The notes beneath the pieces were generated by a model. It saw only the letters and a list, made by a program, of their open reading frames with translations, made no database searches and was not told the origin of the DNA. A stretch of 64,000 bases of DNA. Source: Paragordius varius (taxonomy: Eukaryota > Animalia > Nematomorpha). Every line of letters begins with the position of its first letter. The stretch's first letter is position 1. The stretch covers positions 12,462,001 to 12,526,000 of the forward strand of contig OZ176050.1 in assembly GCA_964247055.1 (NCBI GenBank), in the 5' to 3' direction. Made by a program: the position numbers and the translations under genes. Below are positions 34,901 through 47,721 of the stretch, one piece after another.

Positions 34901-37900
34901 TTTAATACCAATAAACATCTTTTCTCCGATGAGGATGAATACTATGATGAAGGACAAATGAATGCATTATCAAAGCGTGAATCCTTGCCCGACATTATTG
35001 GACAATACATTGAAAAGGGTTTTTCACATGCTGTTGTTAGCAACAAACACATATTGCTTGGCTCTCATTCTCACGCTCACAAAAAGTACTCTCTTCATCA
35101 TGGAAATACCTTGGGTTTTGGCCCTCAACAACAAACATCCGTCATTCCTCAAGCCATCAGTCTTTGGGGTCAGGATCCTTACAATTGCGTCACATTTGAG
35201 ACTCACAGTGCGACTGAAATGGAAACTTGGTTGGATGATTTATACGTTCTTCATCAATTAGCCCGAAGGCAATTTATAACATTTCCGTTGTGTGCAGCTT
35301 TTGGTAAATAAATACATATATGTATATTAATTTTTTTTCGGCTCTACACAAGGTGTTAAAAATCTGTTAATTTCTTATAATGTGTTGTCTTATATTTATG
35401 CCTCCTCATAGAATGGGTTTGGTTGGTTAATGTGCGCTCCCGCGGTATAGCCAACGAATATCGGCTAACAGGGTCTTACTACCTAGCACTCAATTTGCGT
35501 GACAATCTGTTTGGTTTATTCAAATACCATCAGTATTACGATGAAGAGCGCGACTTGGAAGAAGATGAAATTCAACACTACTATGCCCTTACATCAACAA
35601 TCCCTAAAGGAGGGAAAAATATGGATTCTGAAACCGGAAGTAAAGCTGTTTGTGAAAAAACGACCAATCCAACAATAACTGCGTTATCAGAAAATACGGG
35701 TTCTATAACATCGTCGGCATCTAAACACTTGCTACCGTTTTATAATTTAATTTCGCGTATGGATGTCCAAATTGCTTATATTGAGGTATGAATTAATATA
35801 TATGTGCATTTAATTTTTATGACTAGCATATAGTAGAGTAGGTATTATAAAAATGTTTATTTGATTTACTTGGAGTTATAATGCCTTAAAAATAGACCCA
35901 CACTAGATATTGTGGCCACAAAGCTATTTTTTAGCGATATTTTATAGCATATTATAATTGTGGATATTGCACTCATTTTTTATTTTTAATACTTTTGCCA
36001 TGGCTGATGGTATTGCTAAATGCTAAAGTTTTCGTAATAATATATTTAATACATAATAGAGAGATTAGAACTGTCGACTATATATTTATCTTATCTCATT
36101 TATGTTTATTAGTTTTGTAGTATAAAACGTTGTGGATACTCCAAAGATTACTTTTATGTCGAGTTTGGACGGACTGCTTCTCTGGGCACCGGCGAATTAT
36201 GGATGCGAACACAACATGAATATCAAGCTGCACTTATTCACACAATTATATTAAAGTTTAATATCTCTTTTTTTACAATGAACAAAATGCTTTTTGAAAT
36301 AATTTTTATGTTCAAGAGTATATTTAGTTCTTATTAAAATGTTTCTTTGATTTAGACGTATGAGACACAAAACTACGCAAAAAGATGACTCGTTTTTTCT
36401 CCCTTCTTATCCCACTGATAGTTTGACTTCATCTCCTACCTCTATGCCACCAGAATCTCGAGAACATTCTACACTCTCTACTAATTTAGATTCAAGTACA
36501 TTGTTTTTTTTTGCTTTATATATAATAAATGGTAAGTTATAATAGAATATGATTAATTCATGTGTAAAACTTTTATTTAGATGCAACAGTTAATACCATT
36601 TCATCGAATGGGAGTGGTTCTACCCTTACATGCACCCTTAATCCAAACAAGCCAAATACATCGGTATCTAATAATGCATCAGGTTAATAATATTGATTAT
36701 TAATTATTCTATTAACATAGTGCTTAACATTAATTTTAATGAAAGATGTTAAAATCAATTTTGTGCTCATTTTCAGTTTAAAAGCATTTTCTTGAATACG
36801 ATATTAACAATAATCTTTGTAATATTTTAAACAATGAATTTTTCCTAAAATTTTTTACTCTCATATATTCTTTGGGTTGTTTTTATTATAATTAATTAAA
36901 TTTAAATGGTAGCTATAAATGCGTTTATTCTAGAATCGCTTTATAATTTAAAAACGAATAATTTGATTATAGCTGAATCAAACTTGGTAACGACGGTATC
37001 CCCCAGACAAATTAAATCTCACAGGATAGAGAAAATAGACCTTAAACCAGTACTTACACCATGTTCAAATGATACCTCTTCAGCTATGGGTTCTATCCAG
37101 CCCCAAAAAGTAACTATCAACCGTTTTGCAAAAACTAATGCTGATAACACGAGTATGCGTCGTCAACCCCTAAAAACGTTTATATTGAATCGCTTTAAAT
37201 CGCTAACAACACTAAACAATACCAAGGGTATTAATATTAGTAATAAATTTCTGCAATTACCAAAGCAAAAGATGACTGCTAGTACAATTACGACATCTAT
37301 GTCGGAAAATCAAATTAAAACTACTACGTTGCTGAATAAAACAACCTTGTCCATTAACGCACCTAAGACATCAGTTACCGCTGCAGCGACCTCAGATTCA
37401 TCCGGGAGCGGAACATTAACTTATTTACCCTTCAAATTCTCTACTGCTATTAAAACGAATAAATCCAAAAATAAAATGAATAATTTTGCCACACCAATAG
37501 TATCTTCTTCTGGTGATGATAACTCTGGTGGATTAGAAATGTTTGGGTTTAAACAAGCTACGCCCAAAGATACCACCCAAACTATTACCCCTTTAAACAA
37601 TAATCAACCAATTAGGAATGAAAATACAACAGTTTCGGGGTATGTATCTATGCAGCCTTTACAAAAGGATGAAATCCAACAAAAGTATAAATTAATTTTA
37701 AATTATTGAATCATGATTTTTTTGTGAAAGAAGGTTATATACCTTAATATATTCTGCATTGTTTGTTAATTAAATAGCATATAAACTTTTTGATACTTTG
37801 TTAATTGATTAAAAGCTTTCTTCATAAATGAGAATGCCTATTATAGTACTCAAGGACAACCTAACTTTTAGAAATTTTCAATAATAGTTTTGATTAGTTT

Positions 37901-40900
37901 TGAAAATACACAAATATTTATAAATTTATTAATAATTATATAGCCAAAATATTTCGCAAGAAATATATAATCGTTCAATGTCTCCGCCCATAATTATCTA
38001 TAAAAGTGAAGATGCACCCAGTAATGATATTTCAATCACCACAGATATCCAAACAAGTGATTCATTTTAGCTTTTTTTGTCAAGCCATATATTTAATATG
38101 AGTTTAGAAAATTTATATACCTTTATATTACTTACTATTACATTTTTGTGCAAATAATAAATCAACGTAATTATTGTACTTTTGTTATTCTAACTACCCA
38201 AATTTTAACAATTTTTTGGTTTTATAATTATCTCTTATATTTTGACCAATAGTATCTTATTAAATAAATTATATTAATTTTTTATATATTAATCTTTATA
38301 GATGTTAATACCACCACAAATGACACCAAACAAAATCAATTACAGATTCAAACTGCTATAGGGCATCCTTTGGCCCCTGACCTACATGATGAAGATGGCA
38401 TATTAACAGTCCCCCAATCTTATGCCTTTTCCCCATCGTCTCTTTCGTCCTCGCTGCAATTTCATGATAGACTTGATTCAAATGCCTCCTCCATTTTATC
38501 CACATATAGTGCTACAAATTCTGATTTGTCAAGCATACAGTAATTTTGATTAAATTTTAAAGAAACTTTTTTTTATATAGTCCATCAAAACCTTAGTTTT
38601 TCGGGTGTAAAATGTATCGTTTTTGGTTGCAAAATAAGGATTAAAAGTATAAATTGTTAACGATCTTAAATATACATTTACGATTGTTATTATCAAAAAT
38701 AAAGATTTGCTTTTATTTTTATTAACTTCAATTTTTATTGTCAATAGTGGCGCTCCTACTTCGAGACTACCATATACGCAAGAACGTGCTATGTCTCCGT
38801 TAGTCCCCTCGGATAGCAAAGAAAGCAAATTTTATATTAATCATGATCATTATATTGATGGCGAAAAGAAAAGTTCTCTTCTCTCATTAACTGATAGATT
38901 GGAAGCACTTAAAGCACATTACATGGCTATGAATGTGCCTGCTGGTGGACCTATTGGAAAAAGTAATATTCCCTTTACAAAGTAGAAATGGTCCCATTTT
39001 TTGAAATAATTCTTCTTTTTAGGTGCGGTGGTTAAATAAATAGATTTGACTGTTTTTTTATTAGATAAAACCGGCATATTTTCGGTTCGAATTTTTAATA
39101 TCAACATTTAAACACATAAATATAACATAAAATCCTTTTCAAATAAAATATAAACGTTTATACCAAAAGAACATAATTTACTTACGATTGAAAACTGTTT
39201 TGAGACTTTAAACGTTATTAAAGAAGTTGGTTAGGGTTTTTATTACTGGTTTTAACCACATGATATATTTTAATTTACAGAGTCAGATTTTTCATCCCAA
39301 GATAGTGGTTATTTGGATATGTCAACAAAGCCAAGTAATTTTTTATACATAGCTGTCGTAACAACAAAAAATGAATAACAAATATTAAAATATTTTTTGA
39401 TAAAAATTGATACAAATGAAAGCTAAGTAAAAAAGCAGATGAAAACATGTAGAGAAGAATTGGAATAATAAATGGTTTTTTTAGATTATTCTTATGTCTA
39501 TTTTACTTTTATTTTTAATATATAATAATTTTTCCAATCATTTATATTACTACTACCCATTTTTTTTCTTTGTTGTAAAAACAAATTACATTAGTTATTA
39601 AGATAATATTTAGGCGCCCAATATTTTTCAAACACAATTACAAGATAAAACAGTTTTTTAAAAAAAATTAATTGTATAAATTGCTATATTACGATATTAT
39701 TAAGACCGTTAATTAAAATGATATACAGATATTGATGTAAAAACACACCGTACCAAACCCTTTAGTGAGGAAGTAACTTTGACAGCACCTAAAAAAGTTT
39801 CCATTAATCCTTTATCCAATCAAAAACCGCAAGGAAAAACTCTAAGTCGGCCAAACACTTTGTTTCAAACCAAGGGAAAGAAAGTAGGTGGTTATCACAA
39901 CAAAAATTCATCTTCTTTGAATGAAATTGCACAACGTATGGATAAAGTTGTTTCTGGGTTCTTTTTTGCCGCTGCAAATGATGCAAAGAAGCATGATTAT
40001 AAAAATAATGCTGCCATCTTATCGCCTGACACAAACAAAGGAGTTGTTACAATGTCGTTAACACCTGATAGTAATTTCTTATCAAAACTATCCGGCACTT
40101 TCCACAAAGGGCAGGATGAAAGTATGACACAATTTCAAGAACGTGCCGCATCATTCTCTAATCACAATGAATATGGATCATCGATGTTAGACGCACGTAA
40201 AAATAAACGCTTGGCCCCCGTTTCTAGGGCTAGCAAGCCTACCCGCGCCACATATAATTATTCTAGTCCATTAATTTTACACCTTAATCAAATGGATCAG
40301 CAAGAAAAAATGGAAAACGAACTGCTTTTGAATGAGAAGAAACCCAGCTTCGATGTTGACCTCCAAGAAGTAGTTGAAACATTCTCCGACGCGTTTTTCT
40401 TGCCATTAACCGCTTCGGGAAATATTGGACAGGAGTTAGTTTGTTCCAATTCAACTGGCCATGACAACGCTTCTCTAAATATTATATCCTTGGACCGAAT
40501 CAGTGATCTAAAATCACGATTGGCGGCACGTCGGAATAAAAATGGTGTTTCATTTTTGGAAACGGAAAACACTTTTAACAACTTTTCCGTTGAAAATCAC
40601 AAATCTGCCAACAAATCACCAACAACTTACGAAAAAATATTATCACTAACAAATTCTCCAAAAGCGTCGCGACCCGATAATTTGAAAGGTTTAATTAGCG
40701 CGAAAAATTGTACACCACCCCCATTGCCTCCATTACCTCTTGCATTCCCCGTTCCCTACTTTGCTGGAAAGAAAAATCAGCGCACACAACCATTAGATCG
40801 GAATGACACAATTAAAACTGATCATATGATCGTTGGTTTGGATGATGATAATGTAAGTTGAAATGATACTAAATTATAAAATTATGCACTTAAAATTATT

Positions 40901-43900
40901 CATGTTTTAGCCTAATATGTATGGAATCTATAAGGAATATAAAAATTAGCAAAAATCTTATAAATATACAGTCAAACCGTTGTTTTTAAATAATAATATA
41001 ATATCTGCTATGTTTATTCGTCATAAAAATGCTTAAAAACTTTTTGGTGCTAAAAAATTGTCATTTTATTTATGCGGAGAAAGGTGTTAGGATTCGGAAC
41101 AGCCATTCCCTGCCAACATGTAACAATCTATAAACACATTAACATAGAGTATTTTATTTATAAAAAAAGTGTTTTTACTAATGGTAAATGAAAGTAATGC
41201 ATTAATTTAACTGGTAAATAATTTGGATATTGAACCGAGCTATTTGGTCTTTGAATATATACCATTTCCCAGTCTAAATAAACGTTTTCCCAGTCAATCG
41301 AAACGTTTTCCCAGTCAATCAAAACGTTTTCCCAGTCAATCGAAACGTTTTCCCAGTCAATCAAAACGTTTTCCCAGTCAATCGAAACGTTTTCCCAGTC
41401 AATCGAAACATTTTCCCAGTCAATAGAAACATTTTTTCAGTCAATAAAAACATTTTCCCAATCAATAAAAACGTTTTCCCAGTCAATAAAAACGGTTTTA
41501 TTTTTGATGATAAGTATCAAAACAAGATAGAAAAATAACTTTTAACCATTATCAGCGTAATATTAGGATATTATTTTTTATAAAATCAAATTATTTAATG
41601 ACAATATTTCCTATATATTCCAATACACAATCATTAATAATTTATTTTTTAAAAGCTATATTTTATTAACTGGAAGAATATTTTATGGTTTTTAAGTATT
41701 TTTAAGAAAATATTTAATAATTTTATTTTATCGATGGTTCGCATTAATATTCGCGAAAACTTTTAAAGTCTATAGTTACGGATAATAAAATTTATAAAAA
41801 TATACCATTTTTATCTCAAATTGTTCATTTAACACTTCAAATTGGATCATAAACATGTCGAATTGTGTAAAAAATACTGTCGGAAAAAAATTTGAGCAAA
41901 ACATGGTTTTATATATGTTTTTCATTTAAAAATATTTTATAAAAAAGGATATTCTAACACAATGGCTTTGCGGGCCGCATTTTTAACTCAAAAAGCACGG
42001 CGTTCTGAATTCGTATTATATAAGGACATTCATAAATATTTTATTCGATCTTAGACATAAGACTGTAAAGTACAAACAAAATATATTTTTAAATTCGTTT
42101 TCAATTTTATAGACTCATAGAATAATAGCGTAAGAAATATGAATTTTATTAAGATCATGTTGGAAAATTTTACATTGGATTTCCAAATTTTTCGCGGGCC
42201 GCATAAAGATTCGGAAGGTTGCCTTAGGCCTCCGATGAACCAAATGATAAATATAAAAAATATGGTAAAATTTATGTTTAAGACCCAATACGAAGTGTTA
42301 AATGACCAATTTGAGATAAAAATGGTATATTTTTATAAATTTTATTATCCGTAACTATAGACTTTAAAAGTTAGCCTCGAATATAAATGCGAACCAACGA
42401 TAAAATAAGAAACTTATTAAATATTTTCATAAAATATTAAAAACCATAAAATATTCTTCCAGTTGATAAAATATAGCTCTTAAAGAATAAATTATTAATG
42501 ATTGTGTATTGGAATATATAGGAAATATTGTCATTAAATAATTGTGATTTTATAAAACATAATATCCTAATATTACGCTGATAATGGTTAAAAGTTATTT
42601 TTCTATCTTGTTTTGATATTTATCATCAAAAATAAAACCGTTTTTATTGACTGGGAAAACGTTTTTATTGATTGGGAAAATGTTTTTATTAACTGGGAAA
42701 ATGTTTCGATTGACTGGGAAAATGTTTCGATTGACTGGGAAAACGTTTTGATTGACTGGGAAAACGTTTCGATTGATTGGGAAAACGTTTCGATTGACTG
42801 GGAAAACGTTTCGATTGACTGGGAAAATGTTTCGATTGACTGGGAAAACGTTTATTTAGACTGGGAAATGGTATATCTGTGCTTCACATTCCTTTTATAT
42901 TTGTCATTTCAAATTTAGAGGCCATTTTCAGTTCCACATTAATTTAATATGAAGCAGTTCCACTGAAATATGTTAAAAAATGAAAATTTTTACTTAAAAT
43001 TTCTTATCTTTTGTTAATTCCATTGACTCTATTTGGATTTGCAACCTCTGAATAACCATATTAAATTATTTTTTACACTTATTATTTCGTCTATAATTAA
43101 TTTATAATATACTTGTTTGGGATTGAAAATTATTCCTTATCATGTTAAAAATCAAGAAACAATGGCAGACGATCATAACTACGATTAAATAATAATCTCA
43201 ACCAATCCAAAATGCCAAAACGATTATGTGACTTTTTCATAAAAAAAGGTTATAACATAAAATAACGTTTAAAAAAGATTTAACTCGTAAAAACGTCCAC
43301 ACATACAGGTTTGACTGTATATAACTTGATTAAATGTTTAGGAGATGATAATTACAAAAAATATTTTTTTATTATAATTTGGCGATATTTTTAATAATTT
43401 TATTTTTAGTTTATACCAAGGCCCCCCAGTTCCCCGTTATCCTTTTCATCAACTAGTGTGGGTTCGACTCATTGGTCCACTTCATCAATCACCTCAAATA
43501 CGACCACAGGTTCCTCACGAACTGGTCTCGCTATAATCCCTGAAAATACTGATTGTCCCTCTTACGTTCAAGGTTAATACTCATTTTATGTTACATCTAT
43601 TACTAGAAATAATGATAAATTTACACGTAATTAAACTTAGAAGTATCAATTGGTTTGTTTTTATATCTCATCTGAATGTTAGAATAATTAATTTTGATTC
43701 GTCTGTTAACCATTCTATTTTTGAATCAATTATTAGATTCCATACATCCAAATAGTTTTAACAACCATAACAGTGTACATAGTGTTGCGTCTGTTCCCAC
43801 ATTTCTTGACGACGAAAATGGCGATAAGATTAGAGAAAGCCAACAGTTTCATCATTTGACCCATAAAAATTTTGATCATTCACGCCACACTAAAGTATAC

Positions 43901-44781
43901 AATAATCCTATAAGTGGAGGTCCAAACAATGATAAATACCACTATAAAAACATTAATAATACGCCTCCTTTGAGTGGTAAACCGGCTCAGGCAAAATATC
44001 AATTAACCGAAGTAAATCATAATGGTAATGCTGCTGATGATGATGACAGAATCAGGGCTTATTCGGTGGGGAGTAGGCCACATCCCCCTTTCCATTTCCT
44101 TAAACGAAGATCTAAAGGGTAATATTTTTTAGTATAGTTAGTTATTGCTTTAAAATAAAAGTTGCATCAACTTAAACAGGGCTGGCTGTTCAACACAAAT
44201 GGTTTTGCGAGACGTAATCGAAAAATATTTGGGCATATATATTTTATTAAATTTCAAATATAAGACTGTAAATTAAATACTTATTTTAACAATTTTTGCA
44301 AAATTTGGGAAGACTTACATAGAAAATTTAGGAATTATTAATTTTACTTAGGTTTTCTAAATAATTTTATATATGGTATTTTTTAAAATTTCTCGTCGGC
44401 TGCTTAATTATTTTGAGGGCCGCCTGTTTGCCACCCCTGATATTAAACATAGCAGACCACTATAATATGATCTTTACTATAATTTAAAGTTTTAAAAAAT
44501 ATAGATATATAATATTTTATCCTAGTTAAATTTTATGAATATTCGTATTTTCAACAAACTAAACAAAATTTTTATATTGTCTTCCATGTGCCATAATTCA
44601 TTTATTTAAAATCAGTGCTCAAAAGATAAAACAGTCACCACCGCCTTCTTCATTGGTTAGTGCTCAAACTTCAATTACAAAAACACCATTTAACGCTGAA
44701 AATATGCCAAATCTAAGAATGCCAATAATTGAAAATTTGGAACAAAAACTACAACCCCATAATATGTATAATAACACGTAG
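28984..44781 (+). CDS. IRS: Insulin receptor substrate-like adaptor (PH + PTB + YxxM tail), ~1796 aa, 16 exons: 28984-29253, 33764-34103, 34488-35303, 35412-35785, 36113-36255, 36356-36495, 36581-36682, 36934-37684, 37944-38056, 38302-38539, 38748-38962, 39281-39334, 39729-40852, 43410-43572, 43737-44118, 44616-44781
   Basis: PH motifs HKKMRERLFIL, KLEYYE, PKRTIFLCDCFNI, ETWLDDL. PTB motifs EWVWLVNVRSRG, GSYYLAL, IKRCGYSKDYFYVEFGR, GELWM. Tail motifs YVSM, YMAM, YLDM, RAYSVGSRP. All junctions GT-AG, phases consistent, 5391 nt. Confidence 0.9.
29660..30070 (+). repeat. Old dispersed repeat family (probable non-autonomous DNA transposon)
   Basis: Core AGGCTACATTTTACCAGCAAAA...ATCAGCTG also at ~4633-4790 (interrupted by LTR element 1) and ~53760-54150, and inverted at ~50460-50640 and ~57030-57340. 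Boundaries approximate. Confidence 0.65.
31096..33307 (-). mobile_element. Tc1/IS630-superfamily DNA transposon, apparently intact, in IRS intron 1
   Basis: 214-bp TIRs (31096-31309, 33094-33307) starting CAGTA, two mismatches seen near the tips. TA TSD at 31094-31095 and 33308-33309. Confidence 0.95.
31658..33066 (-). CDS. DDE transposase, ~437 aa spliced, 5 exons: 33066-32967, 32941-32786, 32762-32703, 32679-32137, 32112-31658
   Basis: FFLDEAGF, DNAPIH, FLPPYSPQLNPIE. Removing GT-AG introns of 25, 23, 23 and 24 nt (all phase 1) opens one frame from an ATG 27 bp inside the right TIR and restores RG-x-NVS. The ORF track shows only the 3' part. Confidence 0.88.
41260..42873. mobile_element. 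Foldback-type palindromic element in IRS intron 13
   Basis: ~570-bp inverted arms with TA|TACCATTTCCCAG termini. Each arm carries about 11 copies of a 21-bp repeat TTCCCAGTCAATCGAAACGTT. Confidence 0.9.
41833..42297. mobile_element. TTAA-flanked element at the centre of the foldback
   Basis: TTAA (41829-41832) CACTTCAAATTGGATCATAAACAT ... ATGTTTAAGACCCAATACGAAGTG TTAA (42298-42301). The terminus resembles the MITE at 27357. Confidence 0.65.
44177..44439. mobile_element. Degenerate hAT-like MITE
   Basis: CAGGG...CCCTG ends and a GAGGGCCGC subterminal motif. Flanks only partly match (AACTTAAA/ATATTAAA). Confidence 0.45.
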
Positions 44782-45525
44782 AATTTTTTCTCCTTTCTTT
44801 TATTAATACTATACTTTGCTGTGATTTAATATATTTTCACTGTGAATACAATAATATAAAGTTTTCCAAACATATTATAAAAAGTGAAATTTTTTATTTT
44901 CATTAGATCATTTTATAATATATACAGGATTATGATTCTAATCATTTGCATCCATGTTTTATTTTTCTATATTTATTAGAGGTATGTTATATGTACAATA
45001 TAACTAAAAAAAGTAAAATGTAAATTTGTGATATCATACTATATACAAATAAATATATTATTTAAAATTTCATGCTTGTAGCAATGATAATTTATATGGA
45101 TTAAATGGTTTTGTAGGATAAGAATATGAAAACAATATAATAGGTTTATTTTAATATTTGATTCATCTTTAATTCTGTGTTATGATGTTTGGGAAAAGTA
45201 AATTACCCATAAAATTGAATTAGCAACATAATAAACCACAAAGTATGTATCAAAAACAGGTTATTTGGAGCTAATTTTGTCCAATAGGTTTATACCTATA
45301 AAATATCTGGATCTGAATGATTCTATGAATTAGCCTATATAAATTTTTTTTATTAAACCGCGTTTTTGATTATATCATGCATTAAAACGTTATTAAAAAG
45401 GTAAATTTTTGTCTACCTGCTATATACTTTTTCATAAATTTTAATCGAAATTGTATAATTGCCAGGGTATTATCATGGAACTTGGTCAATTTTGTTTGGT
45501 ATAATATCAAACTAAATCTTAGCTT

Positions 45526-46858
45526 TTATTGTTCCTCCATTGCTATAAACAATTTGTTGTAGGTTGTAACATAGGGTTTGTAAAATATAATAGATATGAT
45601 TAATGTCATAATCGTTAGGACCATGGCACCTATATGTAGGATACGTATAAAATTTTCCGTTTGATCATCGAGAAATGGAGAATATATATTATTTATATTT
45701 GATTGATTGTTGTTTAAATTATCGGTTCGAATATAATTTTTAATTGAATTATGATGCCTGTTTTTAAACAATAAGCTTTTGCTTTTATTTTTGAACAAGG
45801 TATATGGTGGTGCAAGGATTAAATCAAACGTTATAGGCCAAATGACTTGATCAATCCTACTTTTGAACATATATCCTTGATGCAAACTTTCCATTATAAC
45901 CAAACGTTGGTTACTATTTTCCTTGGTATTATCTTTTAACTGATTATTCGTTATGTCATTTGTTTTTGAGGGAGTATCATATTCATCTGTCTCGCTTTCT
46001 TCATTCTCTAATATATATTTTTTGGAATATTATTTGGTAGATTTGATTTTATAAAAAAAATTACAGTTCCTTATGCATGTTTTTTTATTTACTTGAGATA
46101 TATATTACTGATGAAAGCCTGTCAATAAATTTTGGTTACAGGATAATGGCTAAATTTTTAAGCAGAAATATACCATGTAAATTAACAACTTTTTAAATAA
46201 AGTTTTACAATTGCATTTTTGATCATTTTAACTTCCTAAGTTTGGTATCAACAATATTAAGTAAATTATAAAATGATTTTGATTTTTATAGTTTATAAAT
46301 TTAAACCAAGGTTGTCCAACGCTGCTATTTCGCGGGCTGTTTTGAACAAATTTTTTTTAATTATTATAAGCTGGCTTTTGAACGATATATCTTCTAAATA
46401 ATCGTAAATTTTTGATTAAAATCCAATTTTTTATTTTTTTCACATTTTGGAGCACTTTTGCTTACCAAACAAAGCGTGTTGGACAACCCTGTTTTAAACT
46501 GATTTTTTGCCCTATCGCTCTGACTCTTAATAGCATAAAAATACAAATTGAATGGCATTACCCTTTTCAATGTTACAAAAATTTTCGTTACAACATTGAA
46601 CTATGGGCCAACCAGAATCCTCTGAAGTTTCCAAAGATTTTAAAATGTTTGTCGGCACTTTTCTTTCACACAAGAATGGGACACTGCTTCGATTATAGCA
46701 ACCTTTGATGATTGAGCTTATTTTCATGTTTGAATCCACACTAACCTGTGAATATTGTTTAAAACACAAATGTGTGGATATACAAGTTAGGTGACCCAAT
46801 TTCATACATTCTGGCGTTGTGCATTCACATTGTATAAAATATGGTTCGGGTCCAGTGG
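45526..46858 (-). CDS. TGF-beta type-I-receptor-like ectodomain + stalk + TM, no kinase (BAMBI-like); exons 46858-46562 and 46007-45526; 5' exon not found
   Basis: CECTTPECMKLGHLTCIS...CF...KGC...C...QCCNENFCN three-finger cysteine pattern. Phase-1 GT-AG intron of 554 nt. TM LHIGAMVLTIMTLIISIIFY, then a ~17-aa tail and stop. Confidence 0.65.
46307..46491. mobile_element. hAT MITE, 185 bp
   Basis: TIR CA(A/G)GGTTGTCCAAC. TSD ATTTAAAC/TTTTAAAC. Confidence 0.8.
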
Positions 46859-47353
46859 CTATAAAATCATGATTTATTTTTTTTTCAAAATATAAAAAAA
46901 TTACAAATAATTTATGATGGCAAAAGTATAGGTATAATAATAAAAATATAACAAATTATATTTTTACACTTTTATATCCAAAAAATATCTTAGCCAATGC
47001 AATGAGATTATAAGGAAGATTAAAAATCTAATAATATTGGTAATTATTATTGTATATGTAAAATAATATAATTATTATGATTTTACTTCACCGCAAAAAT
47101 ATATAATTCGTAATAAACTACCAAAATACAATCTTTTAAACAAAAAAGGCTTGAGTCCTAGTTCAATCTCTAAGCTTATTCATTATTTGTGATGAAAACT
47201 TTAAGAATCTCACGTTGGTTTTGGTAAAAGGATAGTACCCAAGAAATATCGCTTCAATATTAATGAAGTCTGGATATTCAACAAAAAATTTATTTTACGC
47301 ATCGCACCGCACTCAACTAATATTTGCTTGATGTAATTTACATTCATCCTCTT

Positions 47354-47721
47354 CAGTGGCGTACCGAGCATTTGCGGCGCCCGGGGCATATGACTTTTAT
47401 GGCGCCCCCCCCCAAGCCAATAAAATAATTTCGAAAAAAATACAAACGTTGTAGCCTAAACACCATAGATAAGACAGCAGAGTCATGTAAATTTTAAATC
47501 TATTAAATATATATATATTTATATGATACTAAATTTATTCAGTGGTACTAATTAGGTGAATAATAGAGTATATATTATAGGGATTACCTAAATTGCTGAA
47601 AAATCTCATTTGAAAGTTCTTAGTGCATAATTAAAGTTTAATTAAAAATCATTTAGGCGCCCCTAAATAACGGCGCCCGGGGCATGATGCACCCCCTTGC
47701 CCCCCCATCGGTACGCCCCTG
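47354..47721. mobile_element. hAT MITE, 368 bp, GC-rich ends
   Basis: TIR CAG(T/G)GGCGTACCGA. Perfect 8-bp TSD ATCCTCTT. Confidence 0.92.

Noticed and set aside
41262-41490. CRISPR-like look of the 21-bp repeats
   Set aside because: The repeats are directly tandem with no unique spacers, there are no cas genes, and the context is eukaryotic.
41158-42918. ORFs with DWENVSI / FPSQSKR heptad repeats
   Set aside because: They are translations of the 21-bp repeats in the foldback arms, appear on both strands, and lie inside an IRS intron.
47075-47165. Candidate first exon of the BAMBI-like gene
   Set aside because: A phase-1 donor exists, but there is no in-frame ATG and the acceptor is weak, so it is not supportable.
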